DNA of 64,000 nucleotides from Methylococcaceae bacterium UBA7658 (GTDB lineage Bacteria; Pseudomonadota; Gammaproteobacteria; Methylococcales; Methylomonadaceae): positions 29,163 through 93,162 of the forward strand of contig DLHW01000071.1 in NCBI GenBank assembly GCA_002483425.1. The letters are read 5' to 3'. A program made the position numbers and the translations under genes. Below, piece by piece: positions 29,952 to 39,329 of the stretch. Numbering within the stretch: position 1 is the first letter of the stretch; the number at the start of each line of letters is the position of its first letter. The notes under the pieces were generated by a model. It was not told the origin of the DNA. It searched no databases and saw only the letters and a program-made list of their open reading frames with translations.

Positions 29952-31379
29952 ATGGCTAACAGCGCTAACAGTAACGAACTCACTGCTGAAGTCGTCGTAT
30001 TGGGCGGCGGCCCAGGCGGTTACACCGCTGCCTTTCGCGCAGCCGATTTGGGCAAAAAAGTTATCTTAATCGAACGCTACCCGGTTTTGGGCGGCGTTTG
30101 TTTGAATGTCGGTTGTATTCCATCAAAAGCCTTGCTGCACATGGCTCATGTCTTGCACGAGGCGGAAGAATTCGAAAATTTAGGGATTAACTTCGGCAAA
30201 CCTAGTATCGATCTCGACAAAGTCCGCGCTTGGAAAGCGAGCGTGACCAAAACGCTGAACGAAGGTTTGGCAGGGTTGGTCAAGCAACGCAAAATTACAC
30301 TGATTAACGGTGACGGTAAATTTACTTCGGCGAATACCATCGTTGTCGAGTCCGCGCAGGGCGCGACTACGGTTAACTTTGAGCAAGCCATCATTGCCGT
30401 CGGCTCACACCCGACCAAAATCCCCTCTTTTCCGTATGACGATCCGCGTTTGATGGATTCCACCGATGCGCTTGAATTAAACCAAATCCCTAACAAGCTG
30501 CTTATCGTCGGCGGCGGTATTATCGGCCTGGAGATGGCGACGGTTTATCATGCTTTGGGTTCAGAAATCAGCGTTGTGGAGCTCATGGACCAGATCATTC
30601 CAGGCTGCGATAAGGACTTGATTAGGCCGCTGCATAACCGTATCAAAAAACAATACAAAAATATTTGGCTGGAAACCAAGGTTACATCGATAAAACCAGA
30701 AAAAGCTGGCTTAACCGTAACCTTTGAAGGTAAGGACGTTCCGCAATCCGTAACCTTCGACGCCGTGCTGGTTGCAGTCGGAAGACAACCCAACGGTAAA
30801 AACATCGCCGCTGAATTAGCCGGAATCAATGTCGATGAGCGCGGTTTCATTGCCGTCGACAAACAGCAACGCACCAATGTCAATCATATCTTTGCCATTG
30901 GCGATGTCGTCGGCAACCCAATGCTAGCGCACAAAGCGGTGCATGAAGGCAAAGTGGCGGCGGAAGTGGCGGCTGGTCACAAAGCCGCGTTCGACGCTCT
31001 GACCATTCCGTCCGTCGCCTACACCGATCCTGAAATTGCATGGATGGGTTTAACCGAAAATCAAGCCAAACAGCAAGGCATTGAGTACGATAAAGCCGCG
31101 TTTCCCTGGGCGGCCAGCGGGCGCTCGCTCAGTATCGGTAGAAAAGAAGGCGTTACTAAGATTATCACTGACAAAGCCACGGGGCGCATCCTCGGCGCAG
31201 GTATCGCCGGCACCAATGCCGGCGAACTCATTGCCGAGGCGGTACTGGCGTTAGAGATGGGTTCCGACGCCGATGATATCGCTTTAACGATCCATCCTCA
31301 CCCAACGTTGTCGGAAACTTTAGGATTTGCGGCTGAAATGATAAACGGAACCATTACCGATATTTATATGAAACGCTAG
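29952..31379 (+). CDS. lpdA: Dihydrolipoyl dehydrogenase (E3)
   Basis: 475 aa. GGGPGGY FAD motif, redox disulfide CLNVGCIPSK, and C-terminal HPHPTLSE. Confidence 0.96.
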   Translation: MANSANSNELTAEVVVLGGGPGGYTAAFRAADLGKKVILIERYPVLGGVCLNVGCIPSKALLHMAHVLHEAEEFENLGINFGKPSIDLDKVRAWKASVTKTLNEGLAGLVKQRKITLINGDGKFTSANTIVVESAQGATTVNFEQAIIAVGSHPTKIPSFPYDDPRLMDSTDALELNQIPNKLLIVGGGIIGLEMATVYHALGSEISVVELMDQIIPGCDKDLIRPLHNRIKKQYKNIWLETKVTSIKPEKAGLTVTFEGKDVPQSVTFDAVLVAVGRQPNGKNIAAELAGINVDERGFIAVDKQQRTNVNHIFAIGDVVGNPMLAHKAVHEGKVAAEVAAGHKAAFDALTIPSVAYTDPEIAWMGLTENQAKQQGIEYDKAAFPWAASGRSLSIGRKEGVTKIITDKATGRILGAGIAGTNAGELIAEAVLALEMGSDADDIALTIHPHPTLSETLGFAAEMINGTITDIYMKR

Positions 31380-31631
31380 TTTAACAAGCGCATTTCTATA
31401 AATTTCTCAATTATTTGCTATTGTTGATTTTAGTTTTTGATGTTTGAATTGCGCGTATCTCTACAAAAGTACGCGCAGATGCAAGTTTAACGGATCAAAT
31501 ACGTCCTAAGGCCGGTCAAGAATATATTCATCCTCTTACTGAGTTACAGTTTGTAGCGAGGGTGTTTTGATTTTTGCAGATTTTTCAGTAACCCAACTTT
31601 TTAATATAAGCGAAAGCTACCGAGTAAACCG

Positions 31632-34280
31632 ATGATAAGAACGCTTGCCATAATACTATCGCTTGCATTGCTGGTCGCTGTTAACTTCAGTATTTGGAGT
31701 TATATCAACAACCCGTTGCAATTAGAACCTTGGACTAGCACGACGATGGGAGTGACTTTCGATCCCACAAAAAAAGACGAAAATCCGAGAACTAAAATTG
31801 CTCATAGCGAAGACGACATCGATAAGGATTTGGCTTTGCTGGAAGGCAAATTTCATGCGGTCCGCACCTATAGTGTATTGAAAGGCTTGCATAAAGTTCC
31901 TGAACTCGCCGCTAACCGCAAGCTAAACGTAACTTTAGGTGCTTGGATCGGCGCCGACAAAGAAAAAAACCGTCAGGAAATCGAAACCCTTATTCAGCTT
32001 AGCCGGGAAGATAATCCCAAAATTGTCAGGCTGATGGTCGGTAACGAGGTTTTACTGCGTAATGAAATACCTAAAACCGAACTGATCGAATATATACGGG
32101 AAGTTAAACAACGGACATGGCGTCCCGTCAGCACCTCGGAAACTTGGGACCGCTGGCTGGCGAATCCCGATTTGGTAAAAGAAGTCGATTATCTCGGCGT
32201 CCACATCTTGCCCTTTTGGGAAGGCGTCTCAATCGACGATGCGGTGGACCATGTTTTTGCCCGCTACCATGATCTCCAAGTTGCTTTTCCGGATAAACCC
32301 ATCGTAATCACCGAAGTCGGCTGGCCGTCCGACGGTCAACCGTTTAAACACGCTACCGCTTCCAAAACCAATCAAGCACGGTTTTTGAGAGAATTCCTCA
32401 ACCGGGCCGCAAAAGAAAAACTGGCTTATTATGTTATCGAAGCTTTCGATCAGCCTTGGAAAATGAAAGACGAAGGCTCGGCTGGGGCTTATTGGGGAAT
32501 CTTCAATGCCAACCGACAGTTGAAATTCCCGATGACGGGCGATGTTATTGCATTACCTGCGTGGAAACACTGGGCTGTTGGCGCCGCCGTATTCAGTATC
32601 ATATTGATGGCGTTATTTTTATTTACCCGTAAAAGCATGAAATTGCCGGGCTTGCTTTTTGTCGGTTTAATGGCCAACTTGGCGGCTTCTTTTGTGTTCT
32701 GGACCGTTTCCATCGGCGCTCAACAATACCAGACGCCCTTGACCATCGTTTTCTGGATTTTATTGGTGCTGATGCAAATTCTGGCGCTGGTTATTCTGCT
32801 CATTGAAAGCCTGGAGATTGCGGAAGTTATCTGGCACCGCAAAACTGCGCGCACATTTCAGCCGCTAGAGCCGCCGCCCGACTTTAAATACCCGAAGGTT
32901 TCATTGCATTTACCTATCCATAACGAGCCTCCGGCAATGGTCAAAAAAACACTGGAAGCCTTGGCCAAAATCGACTACCCCAATATTGAAGTCCTCGTCA
33001 TGGACAATAACACTAAAGATCCGGCGGTATGGCAGCCAGTGGAAGAGGATTGCAAGCGTTTAGGATCCAAATTCAGGTTTTTCCACCTGGAAAACTGGCC
33101 GGGTTTTAAAGCGGGAGCGATAAATCACGCCCTCGAACAGACTGCGAGCGATGCCGAAATAATCGCCGTGATCGATAGCGACTATATTTTGCAACCAGAC
33201 TGGCTGAAACGCATGGTGCCTTATTTCGACAATGAAAATGTCGGTTTCGTCCAATCCCCGCAGGATTACCGGGATTTACATGTCAGCGCTTTCAAGTCGT
33301 TCTGTTATTGGGAATACGCCGGTTTTTTCAACATCGGCATGGTTCAGCGCAATGAATACAACGCTATAATTCAACACGGCACGATGACCATGATACGGAA
33401 ATCGGCGCTTATTGAAGTCGGCCGCTGGTCGGAATGGTGTATCTGCGAGGATAGCGAATTAGGCTTGCGGTTATACGAAGCCGGTTACGATTCGGTCTAT
33501 TGCAAAGAATCTTTCGGCCGCGGACTGATGCCGGATACGATGTCGGGTTACATGACCCAACGCTACCGCTGGGTATACGGTGCGATGCAGATAATAAAAG
33601 CGCACTGGCGCAGCTTCATACCTTCCAAGAAGTCGCCGTTAACTTCAGCTCAGCGGTATTATTTTGTGGCCGGATGGCTACCCTGGTTTTCCGATGCTCT
33701 AGCATTATTATTCACTACCGCCAGTTTGTTTTTGACCGGTTTAATTTGGTACGACTGGTTCGACTCATTTGTTAAACCGGGCGGCGACAAACTGTTAAGC
33801 AGCGAATTGCCGGTCAGCGTTTTTCTACTACCTACTATCGGCTTATTCGGCTTTAAAATCATCCGCAGTTTATGGCTTTATCAAGCGCGTGTGCCTTGTT
33901 CTATCTGGCAATCGTTGGGAGCATCATTGGCAGGATTGGCGTTAACCCACACGGTTGCTAAAGGTACAATTCAAGGACTTTTAATTAACGGAAAACCCTT
34001 TATGCGTACGCCAAAGTATGAAAAACAAGGCCCTTTATTTACCGGTTTGATGACGATCAGGGAAGAGCTTTTATTACTAACCGCTTTGTTTTCGGCAATG
34101 GTATTTATGTATAACATGGAGTTTTTCGATAACTTAAGCGGTCATCTTTGGGTCGCGGTGCTTGCGGTCCAATCGGTGCCTTATATAGCAACGTTGATTA
34201 CCTTGCTCATCAGTATTGCACCGAATTATCGCTGGGGTAAGTCATCATTATCTATGGAAGAACTCGACGAAGCCTCATAA
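31632..34280 (+). CDS. NdvB-like bifunctional GH17 beta-1,3-glucanase/transglycosylase - GT2 processive glycosyltransferase (membrane protein)
   Basis: 882 aa. N-terminal TM. GH17 motifs MVGNEVLLR and VITEVGWPSDG. TM block. GT2 motifs VLVMDNN, IDSDY, CEDSELGLRL and QRYRWVYG (QxxRW). C-terminal TM helices. Confidence 0.8.
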   Translation: MIRTLAIILSLALLVAVNFSIWSYINNPLQLEPWTSTTMGVTFDPTKKDENPRTKIAHSEDDIDKDLALLEGKFHAVRTYSVLKGLHKVPELAANRKLNVTLGAWIGADKEKNRQEIETLIQLSREDNPKIVRLMVGNEVLLRNEIPKTELIEYIREVKQRTWRPVSTSETWDRWLANPDLVKEVDYLGVHILPFWEGVSIDDAVDHVFARYHDLQVAFPDKPIVITEVGWPSDGQPFKHATASKTNQARFLREFLNRAAKEKLAYYVIEAFDQPWKMKDEGSAGAYWGIFNANRQLKFPMTGDVIALPAWKHWAVGAAVFSIILMALFLFTRKSMKLPGLLFVGLMANLAASFVFWTVSIGAQQYQTPLTIVFWILLVLMQILALVILLIESLEIAEVIWHRKTARTFQPLEPPPDFKYPKVSLHLPIHNEPPAMVKKTLEALAKIDYPNIEVLVMDNNTKDPAVWQPVEEDCKRLGSKFRFFHLENWPGFKAGAINHALEQTASDAEIIAVIDSDYILQPDWLKRMVPYFDNENVGFVQSPQDYRDLHVSAFKSFCYWEYAGFFNIGMVQRNEYNAIIQHGTMTMIRKSALIEVGRWSEWCICEDSELGLRLYEAGYDSVYCKESFGRGLMPDTMSGYMTQRYRWVYGAMQIIKAHWRSFIPSKKSPLTSAQRYYFVAGWLPWFSDALALLFTTASLFLTGLIWYDWFDSFVKPGGDKLLSSELPVSVFLLPTIGLFGFKIIRSLWLYQARVPCSIWQSLGASLAGLALTHTVAKGTIQGLLINGKPFMRTPKYEKQGPLFTGLMTIREELLLLTALFSAMVFMYNMEFFDNLSGHLWVAVLAVQSVPYIATLITLLISIAPNYRWGKSSLSMEELDEAS

Positions 34281-34567
34281 CCGCGCCCTGCTCATAATCC
34301 CCTGCCCTCGCCCGATAAATCATCAGTTCTCAGGCGAGGCTTTCCGCGCATCCGGCTAAGATAAACGTTCCGCTGGAGTTACATAAAATAATGCTGAAAA
34401 GCCTCATAGGCAAGTGCTTTACTTTATACTCAGTCGCATTATTATTCCAATCAAGATCCGATTAATGGTACTGCCTGCAGCGGCATACCGATGCTGATTT
34501 TATCGGGATAATTGGTAAGAGATCAGATTTTGGCGGATACAATAGGAAACTATATTTATTGTATGGA

Positions 34568-35545
34568 CTATGACAACCTCACCCTTGGATCAACCAAAGT
34601 ATAAGAAATATCTGTCAATAACAGCCCGATCACATATAACACTGAACCCAAAAACACCATGGCGCGGACGATCGCGAAATCTTGGCTGTTGATGGCGTCG
34701 ATGGTGTAACTGCCGAGTCCCGGAATACTGAAAAAAGATTCCATAATCAAACTGCCCATAAATAGCGTTGGCAACACGACGACAACGCCGGTTAATATTG
34801 GGATCATGGCATTTGGCAAGACATGGCGAAATAGGGTTTGGGTCTCAGTCAAACCTTTGGAGCGGGCGGTACGGACATAATCCTTGCCGACTTCTTCGAG
34901 AAATAAGGTTCGATACCAGCGTACGCCCGAGCCAAGCCCGGAAAATACACCGATTAATACGGGCAGAATAATGAATTTGATGGCGGCGGTGCCGCCGTCG
35001 AAACCGGAAATCGGCACTAAGCGCAATACTTTAGCAATCACAAATTGACCGCCGATGATGTAAAACAGGGAAGACACGGACATCAGGATGACGCACAGCA
35101 CCATGCCACCCAATTCCAATGTACTTCCCCTAAACAGTACAACCATTAAGGCAACGCAGATGTCGGTTACTAAACCGATTGCTAAGGTGGGGAAGGCAAC
35201 CCATAAGCTGGGCCAGGCGCGTTCTTTAATATCCGCGCCGATATTCCGCCCGCTGTCGGAGGTGCCGAAGCGGAAAAGAAAAAGCCCAACCGATTTTTGA
35301 TAAAAAATGGTATTCGTTAGCTTTTCCTGACCTTGGGATTGCTCGTTCCATAGCAGTGGCACATCATAGCCATGTTGGTGCTTCCAGTTGTCGATGGCTT
35401 GTTGGGTCACATGTTTTTGCCCAAGTTGCATACGTGCCATATCGTCCGGGCTGTTAATAATAAAAAACAGCACGAACGTCAGGATATTCACCCCGATTAA
35501 AATGGGGATGGCATATAACAAGCGCCTGATGATGTAACTGATCAT
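34568..35545 (-). CDS. ABC transporter permease (DppB/OppB/SapB-type)
   Basis: Start taken at MISYIIRRLLYAIP (ATGA overlap with the upstream SBP stop). 325 aa. The N-terminal IxRRL motif and an EAA-like loop (YVRTARSKGL) are typical of peptide/nickel permeases. Confidence 0.85.
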   Translation of the reverse strand: MISYIIRRLLYAIPILIGVNILTFVLFFIINSPDDMARMQLGQKHVTQQAIDNWKHQHGYDVPLLWNEQSQGQEKLTNTIFYQKSVGLFLFRFGTSDSGRNIGADIKERAWPSLWVAFPTLAIGLVTDICVALMVVLFRGSTLELGGMVLCVILMSVSSLFYIIGGQFVIAKVLRLVPISGFDGGTAAIKFIILPVLIGVFSGLGSGVRWYRTLFLEEVGKDYVRTARSKGLTETQTLFRHVLPNAMIPILTGVVVVLPTLFMGSLIMESFFSIPGLGSYTIDAINSQDFAIVRAMVFLGSVLYVIGLLLTDISYTLVDPRVRLS

Positions 35546-37698
35546 TGGAGGGATTTCCGGGTTTGCTTGCGTATTGCGATGACCATAAAGCAAATCAGCA
35601 TTAGGATCAGCAGGCTGCCGAGTAACACGGGCCACAACACCGGTGAATTCCAGTCACATCGTTGCTGTGCTCTGGAAACGGCGTCAATACGCAGATATTT
35701 AAGGGTATTATTAGCAATCACGTGCGGTTTAATATTTTTATACCAATTATGGAATAAGGAAAATTTCTTCGGGTGCAAACCGAAAATCCAGGGCGCATCG
35801 TGACGCACCTGTTCTTGCATTTGCTGGATGATTTGAAAGCGCTGTTCGGTATTATCCATATTGCGCATGATTTCAAATAGCCGGTCGAACTCGGAATTTT
35901 GATAATTGCTGGCATTTTCTCCGCCGAATTTAGCTTTTGAATTGCCGCCATAAAGCAGGAAAAAGAAGTTTTCCGGGTCGGGATAATCTGCATTCCAGCC
36001 CCATGCAAAAATCTGGGCATTGCCACCGCGCATTTTTTCCTGGAAGCGGTTGTAATCGGTTGCGCGAATAACCAACTTGATGCCGAGTTTTTCAAACTGT
36101 TTTCGATACCAGCTCATCCTGGGCCTATCGTCAACGCTGGTTGACGTGCTGTCGAAGTAAAGGATTAATGCTTCATGCGTTTTAGGGTCGATACCGTTTT
36201 CATAACCCGCTTCTTTCATCAGCTGCTTTGCAGCGCTTATGTTTTTCCGTTCTGCCCGGTTGTTTTTCCAATCGTAAACATAAGTATTAATTCCCGATGA
36301 ACCTTCTTGATAACCATAAATACCGGGCGGCAAAACCCCTTGTGCCACCAAGCCGCGTTCGTTCATGAAAATCGATATAAATTCTTCGTAATCAACGGCA
36401 ATGGAAATCGCTTGTCGTAATTTTCGCGCCTGTTCTGAAGTGCCGCCAATGGTTGCATCCAACATATTAAAGCCCATGTAGAAACAGGACGTTTCAACCG
36501 AGGTTTGTAAACGGATATCTTTTTCACGCATGCTTTCAGTCAACTGTACGCCACTGCTGCCGGTAAATTGCACGGCTTGGTCGAAATTATCGGACGCAAT
36601 GCCGGAGGCGTCGTAGAAGCCTTGCAGGAATTTTGACCAGTAAGGGATGGTTTCCTTTTCCAGGATGAAAACAACTTTATCGATAAAAGGCAGAGGTTTA
36701 CCGGCATCTTTCAACAGGCCTTTGTCTGTATCACCGGCTTCGCCTTCAGATGGATAAGTTTCCATGTGAAAGTTAGGATTCTTCTGAAGAATCATACGGC
36801 GATTGGGATTGTTTTCAGCCAGCCAATAAGCGCCAGTACCGAGCGGATACCAGTCCAGGGTGATGTTTTTGTCGGCTAAACCGGGCTGGCCGTAAAAGAC
36901 ATCGGCCTCCCAAGGCATCGGGGCAAAGAACGTCATCGCCAGCCAATACATAAACTGCGGATATTTGCCGTTGATACGGATTCGGTATTGATAAGGCGAT
37001 AACGCCGTCACGCCGGACATGGGCACGTCTTTAATGGCGGTAATAGGCTGCTGTTTGACTTTTTCCGCAAACTCGCCGAAACCGATGATGTAATTTTTCA
37101 TCATTTCTGCAATCGGCGACTGGATTTTCGGATGTGCCATCCGTTTGATTTCATAGACGTAGTCTTCTGCAACCAGCTCGCGGCTTCCGGTTAATTTAAA
37201 ATCGCTGAGATTATTGGCCGATGTAATCTGCTCACTCGTTAAATGATGATAGGCATAATCGCCGTTTTCTGCTTTTGCCAAGGCCGGATGCGGCTGGTAA
37301 CGGATGCCGGGTTTAAGGGTGATCAGGTAATCGGTAAACGCAATGTCTTTCGCGTCGGTATTGGCAGTTAATAATTCACCTTGCTTATTGAGATAGTGGA
37401 TTTCCGGCATTTGTTGCGCGGTCAGGGGAATCAGCTGATAAGGCCGTTTCAGGTAATGATATTGAACGGGTGGCTCGTAAATCTGGGCAATAAAAGCATA
37501 TTCGTTTTCGCTGTAAGCAACGGCAGGATCGAGGTGTTTAGGCCGTTCTTCGAAGGATTGGTATAGAATCGACTGATTGTTTTGTTCCTTTGGGTACGGG
37601 TTATTCAGTTGGCTCAAGTCGCAACCTGACAACAACATAACGAATAGAAAGATGAGTTTGTACAATGTTATATTCTTGGACAAAAGACTGGACATCAA
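35542..37698 (-). CDS. Family-5 (peptide/nickel type) ABC substrate-binding lipoprotein with extra C-terminal TM segment
   Basis: 718 aa. Lipobox LLSGC. A long SBP_bac_5-like body. The last ~35 aa are VLWPVLLGSLLILMLICFMVIAIRKQTRK. Confidence 0.75.
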   Translation of the reverse strand: MMSSLLSKNITLYKLIFLFVMLLSGCDLSQLNNPYPKEQNNQSILYQSFEERPKHLDPAVAYSENEYAFIAQIYEPPVQYHYLKRPYQLIPLTAQQMPEIHYLNKQGELLTANTDAKDIAFTDYLITLKPGIRYQPHPALAKAENGDYAYHHLTSEQITSANNLSDFKLTGSRELVAEDYVYEIKRMAHPKIQSPIAEMMKNYIIGFGEFAEKVKQQPITAIKDVPMSGVTALSPYQYRIRINGKYPQFMYWLAMTFFAPMPWEADVFYGQPGLADKNITLDWYPLGTGAYWLAENNPNRRMILQKNPNFHMETYPSEGEAGDTDKGLLKDAGKPLPFIDKVVFILEKETIPYWSKFLQGFYDASGIASDNFDQAVQFTGSSGVQLTESMREKDIRLQTSVETSCFYMGFNMLDATIGGTSEQARKLRQAISIAVDYEEFISIFMNERGLVAQGVLPPGIYGYQEGSSGINTYVYDWKNNRAERKNISAAKQLMKEAGYENGIDPKTHEALILYFDSTSTSVDDRPRMSWYRKQFEKLGIKLVIRATDYNRFQEKMRGGNAQIFAWGWNADYPDPENFFFLLYGGNSKAKFGGENASNYQNSEFDRLFEIMRNMDNTEQRFQIIQQMQEQVRHDAPWIFGLHPKKFSLFHNWYKNIKPHVIANNTLKYLRIDAVSRAQQRCDWNSPVLWPVLLGSLLILMLICFMVIAIRKQTRKSLQ

Positions 37699-37770
37699 TT
37701 AACGGGTCGTAGATACTTTCCGCCCTATTGTAACAACAAATCTTAATAATAAACGTATCGGGAGATGACA

Positions 37771-38553
37771 ATGGGTTTTATGCAGGGTAAACGGGTTTTG
37801 ATTGTAGGTTTGGCGAGCAACCGCTCGATCGCATGGGGAATTGCACAGGCGATGCACCGGGAAGGAGCTGAATTGGCGTTTACCTTCCAGAACGAAAAGT
37901 TGCAAAGCCGCGTGGAAGAAATGGCGGAACAGTGCAATTCTAAAATCACACTTGAATGCGATGTCAGCATTGACGAGCATATCGATACTGTTTTCGACAA
38001 ATTGGGCAAACATTGGGACGGCCTGGATTGCATAGTGCATTCGGTCGCGTTTGCACCGCGCGATGCGCTGAACGGCGACTATGTGGATGTCACTACCCGC
38101 GAGAACTTCAAAATCGCCCACGACATCAGCTCTTACAGCTTTACCGCCCTGGCGAAAGCGGGCAGGAAAATGATGGCAGGACGTAATGGCTCCTTATTAA
38201 CCTTGACCTATCTCGGCGCAGAGCGCGCCATCCCCAATTACAATGTCATGGGCGTCGCCAAAGCCAGTTTGGAAGCCAATGTCCGTTATATGGCTGTAGC
38301 CTTAGGGCCTGAAGGTACGCGTGTCAATGCGATTTCAGCTGGGCCTATCCGCACCTTGGCGGCCTCCGGTATTAATGATTTCAAAGCTATGTTGAATAAA
38401 GCTGCCGATGCTGCTCCGTTGCGGAAAAACGTAACGATTGAGGAAGTCGGCAACGCCGCCGCGTTTATGTGTTCCGATTTGGCCTCCGGTATAACCGGGG
38501 AAATTACGTATGTCGACTGCGGGTACAACATTGCGGGGTTGGCGGCGGTTTGA
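37771..38553 (+). CDS. fabI: Enoyl-[acyl-carrier-protein] reductase (NADH) FabI
   Basis: 260 aa. [16 protein letters not shown]... closely parallels E. coli FabI. Catalytic Y..M....K context ([12 protein letters not shown]). Start chosen at ATG 37771, 6 nt after GGAG. Confidence 0.95.
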   Translation: MGFMQGKRVLIVGLASNRSIAWGIAQAMHREGAELAFTFQNEKLQSRVEEMAEQCNSKITLECDVSIDEHIDTVFDKLGKHWDGLDCIVHSVAFAPRDALNGDYVDVTTRENFKIAHDISSYSFTALAKAGRKMMAGRNGSLLTLTYLGAERAIPNYNVMGVAKASLEANVRYMAVALGPEGTRVNAISAGPIRTLAASGINDFKAMLNKAADAAPLRKNVTIEEVGNAAAFMCSDLASGITGEITYVDCGYNIAGLAAV

Positions 38554-38735
38554 GAATATTAAATTTGAGAGTATTAAAAGGGTTGGGTTAAGTGCACAAA
38601 ACACCTCACACTAAGTAACAACCTGAGGTTTATTGTCATTATATTGACGTTAAGTATAAAACTGATAACCTTCCGGTATTAAAACTTAAAGCCGGTTCTT
38701 TTTATAACTCGATCACCATCCAAAGAAGTCTTTAT

Positions 38736-39272
38736 ATGCAACTAATTAAAAAACAAATTATACAAATTCTAACTTTGTTTATTTTCGGCAGTTTGCTTTC
38801 TACTTTTAACCTTGCATCGGCAAATTCCGACAAAGACATGCAAGATAAGCTACTCAGGCAGCGTGAAGCATTGCAGCACGGGGAACATGCGGGCCATCGG
38901 ATGGAACCTAGTAAAGGGCCGGATTTCAAAGGCGTTTATTACGGCTATTTCCCTTGTAAAGAAGAAGATTGCAGCGGCATTAAAATGACGTTGTCGTTAA
39001 AACGAAACAATAATTACCTGTTGGTGACGCAACCAGCAAAACCGTCTTCACGAGAGTTTTACGAAAAAGGTAAATTTACCTGGAACGACAATACGCGCAC
39101 CGTCGTACTCGATCCGAAAGACGAGATTCCCGGCAAACAATACCGGATTGTGGACGACGCCACGCTGATTCAGCTAAACCCGGACGGCTCGGCAATGTCC
39201 GGCGGCGATCAGGACGATTTTACCTTGCGGCGCGGCGACACCACGAAATCGCGCGAGATGCATATTCATTAG
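38736..39272 (+). CDS. NlpE (CutF) N-terminal-domain-like secreted/lipoprotein
   Basis: 178 aa. Signal peptide. YYGYFPCKEEDCSGIKMTLSL motif (the Y.G.lPCADC.GI of the NlpE N-domain). His-rich HGEHAGHRME segment. Confidence 0.6.
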   Translation: MQLIKKQIIQILTLFIFGSLLSTFNLASANSDKDMQDKLLRQREALQHGEHAGHRMEPSKGPDFKGVYYGYFPCKEEDCSGIKMTLSLKRNNNYLLVTQPAKPSSREFYEKGKFTWNDNTRTVVLDPKDEIPGKQYRIVDDATLIQLNPDGSAMSGGDQDDFTLRRGDTTKSREMHIH

Positions 39273-39329
39273 GAATAGCCGGTTAAAACGTCTATTTCCG
39301 GCTTTAAGCCTGTTGCAAAAAGTGAAGTG

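Noticed and set aside
35546-35635. N-terminal 30-aa extension of the permease ORF (track start 35635).
   Set aside because: The extension overlaps the 3' end of the SBP gene. The internal ATG at 35545 forms a classic ATGA stop/start overlap and gives the canonical MISYIIRRL permease N-terminus.
37699-38121. 140-aa and 96-aa minus-strand ORFs overlapping the fabI 5' region.
   Set aside because: They are antisense to a very well supported fabI, and there is no room for a separate gene between the SBP start and fabI.
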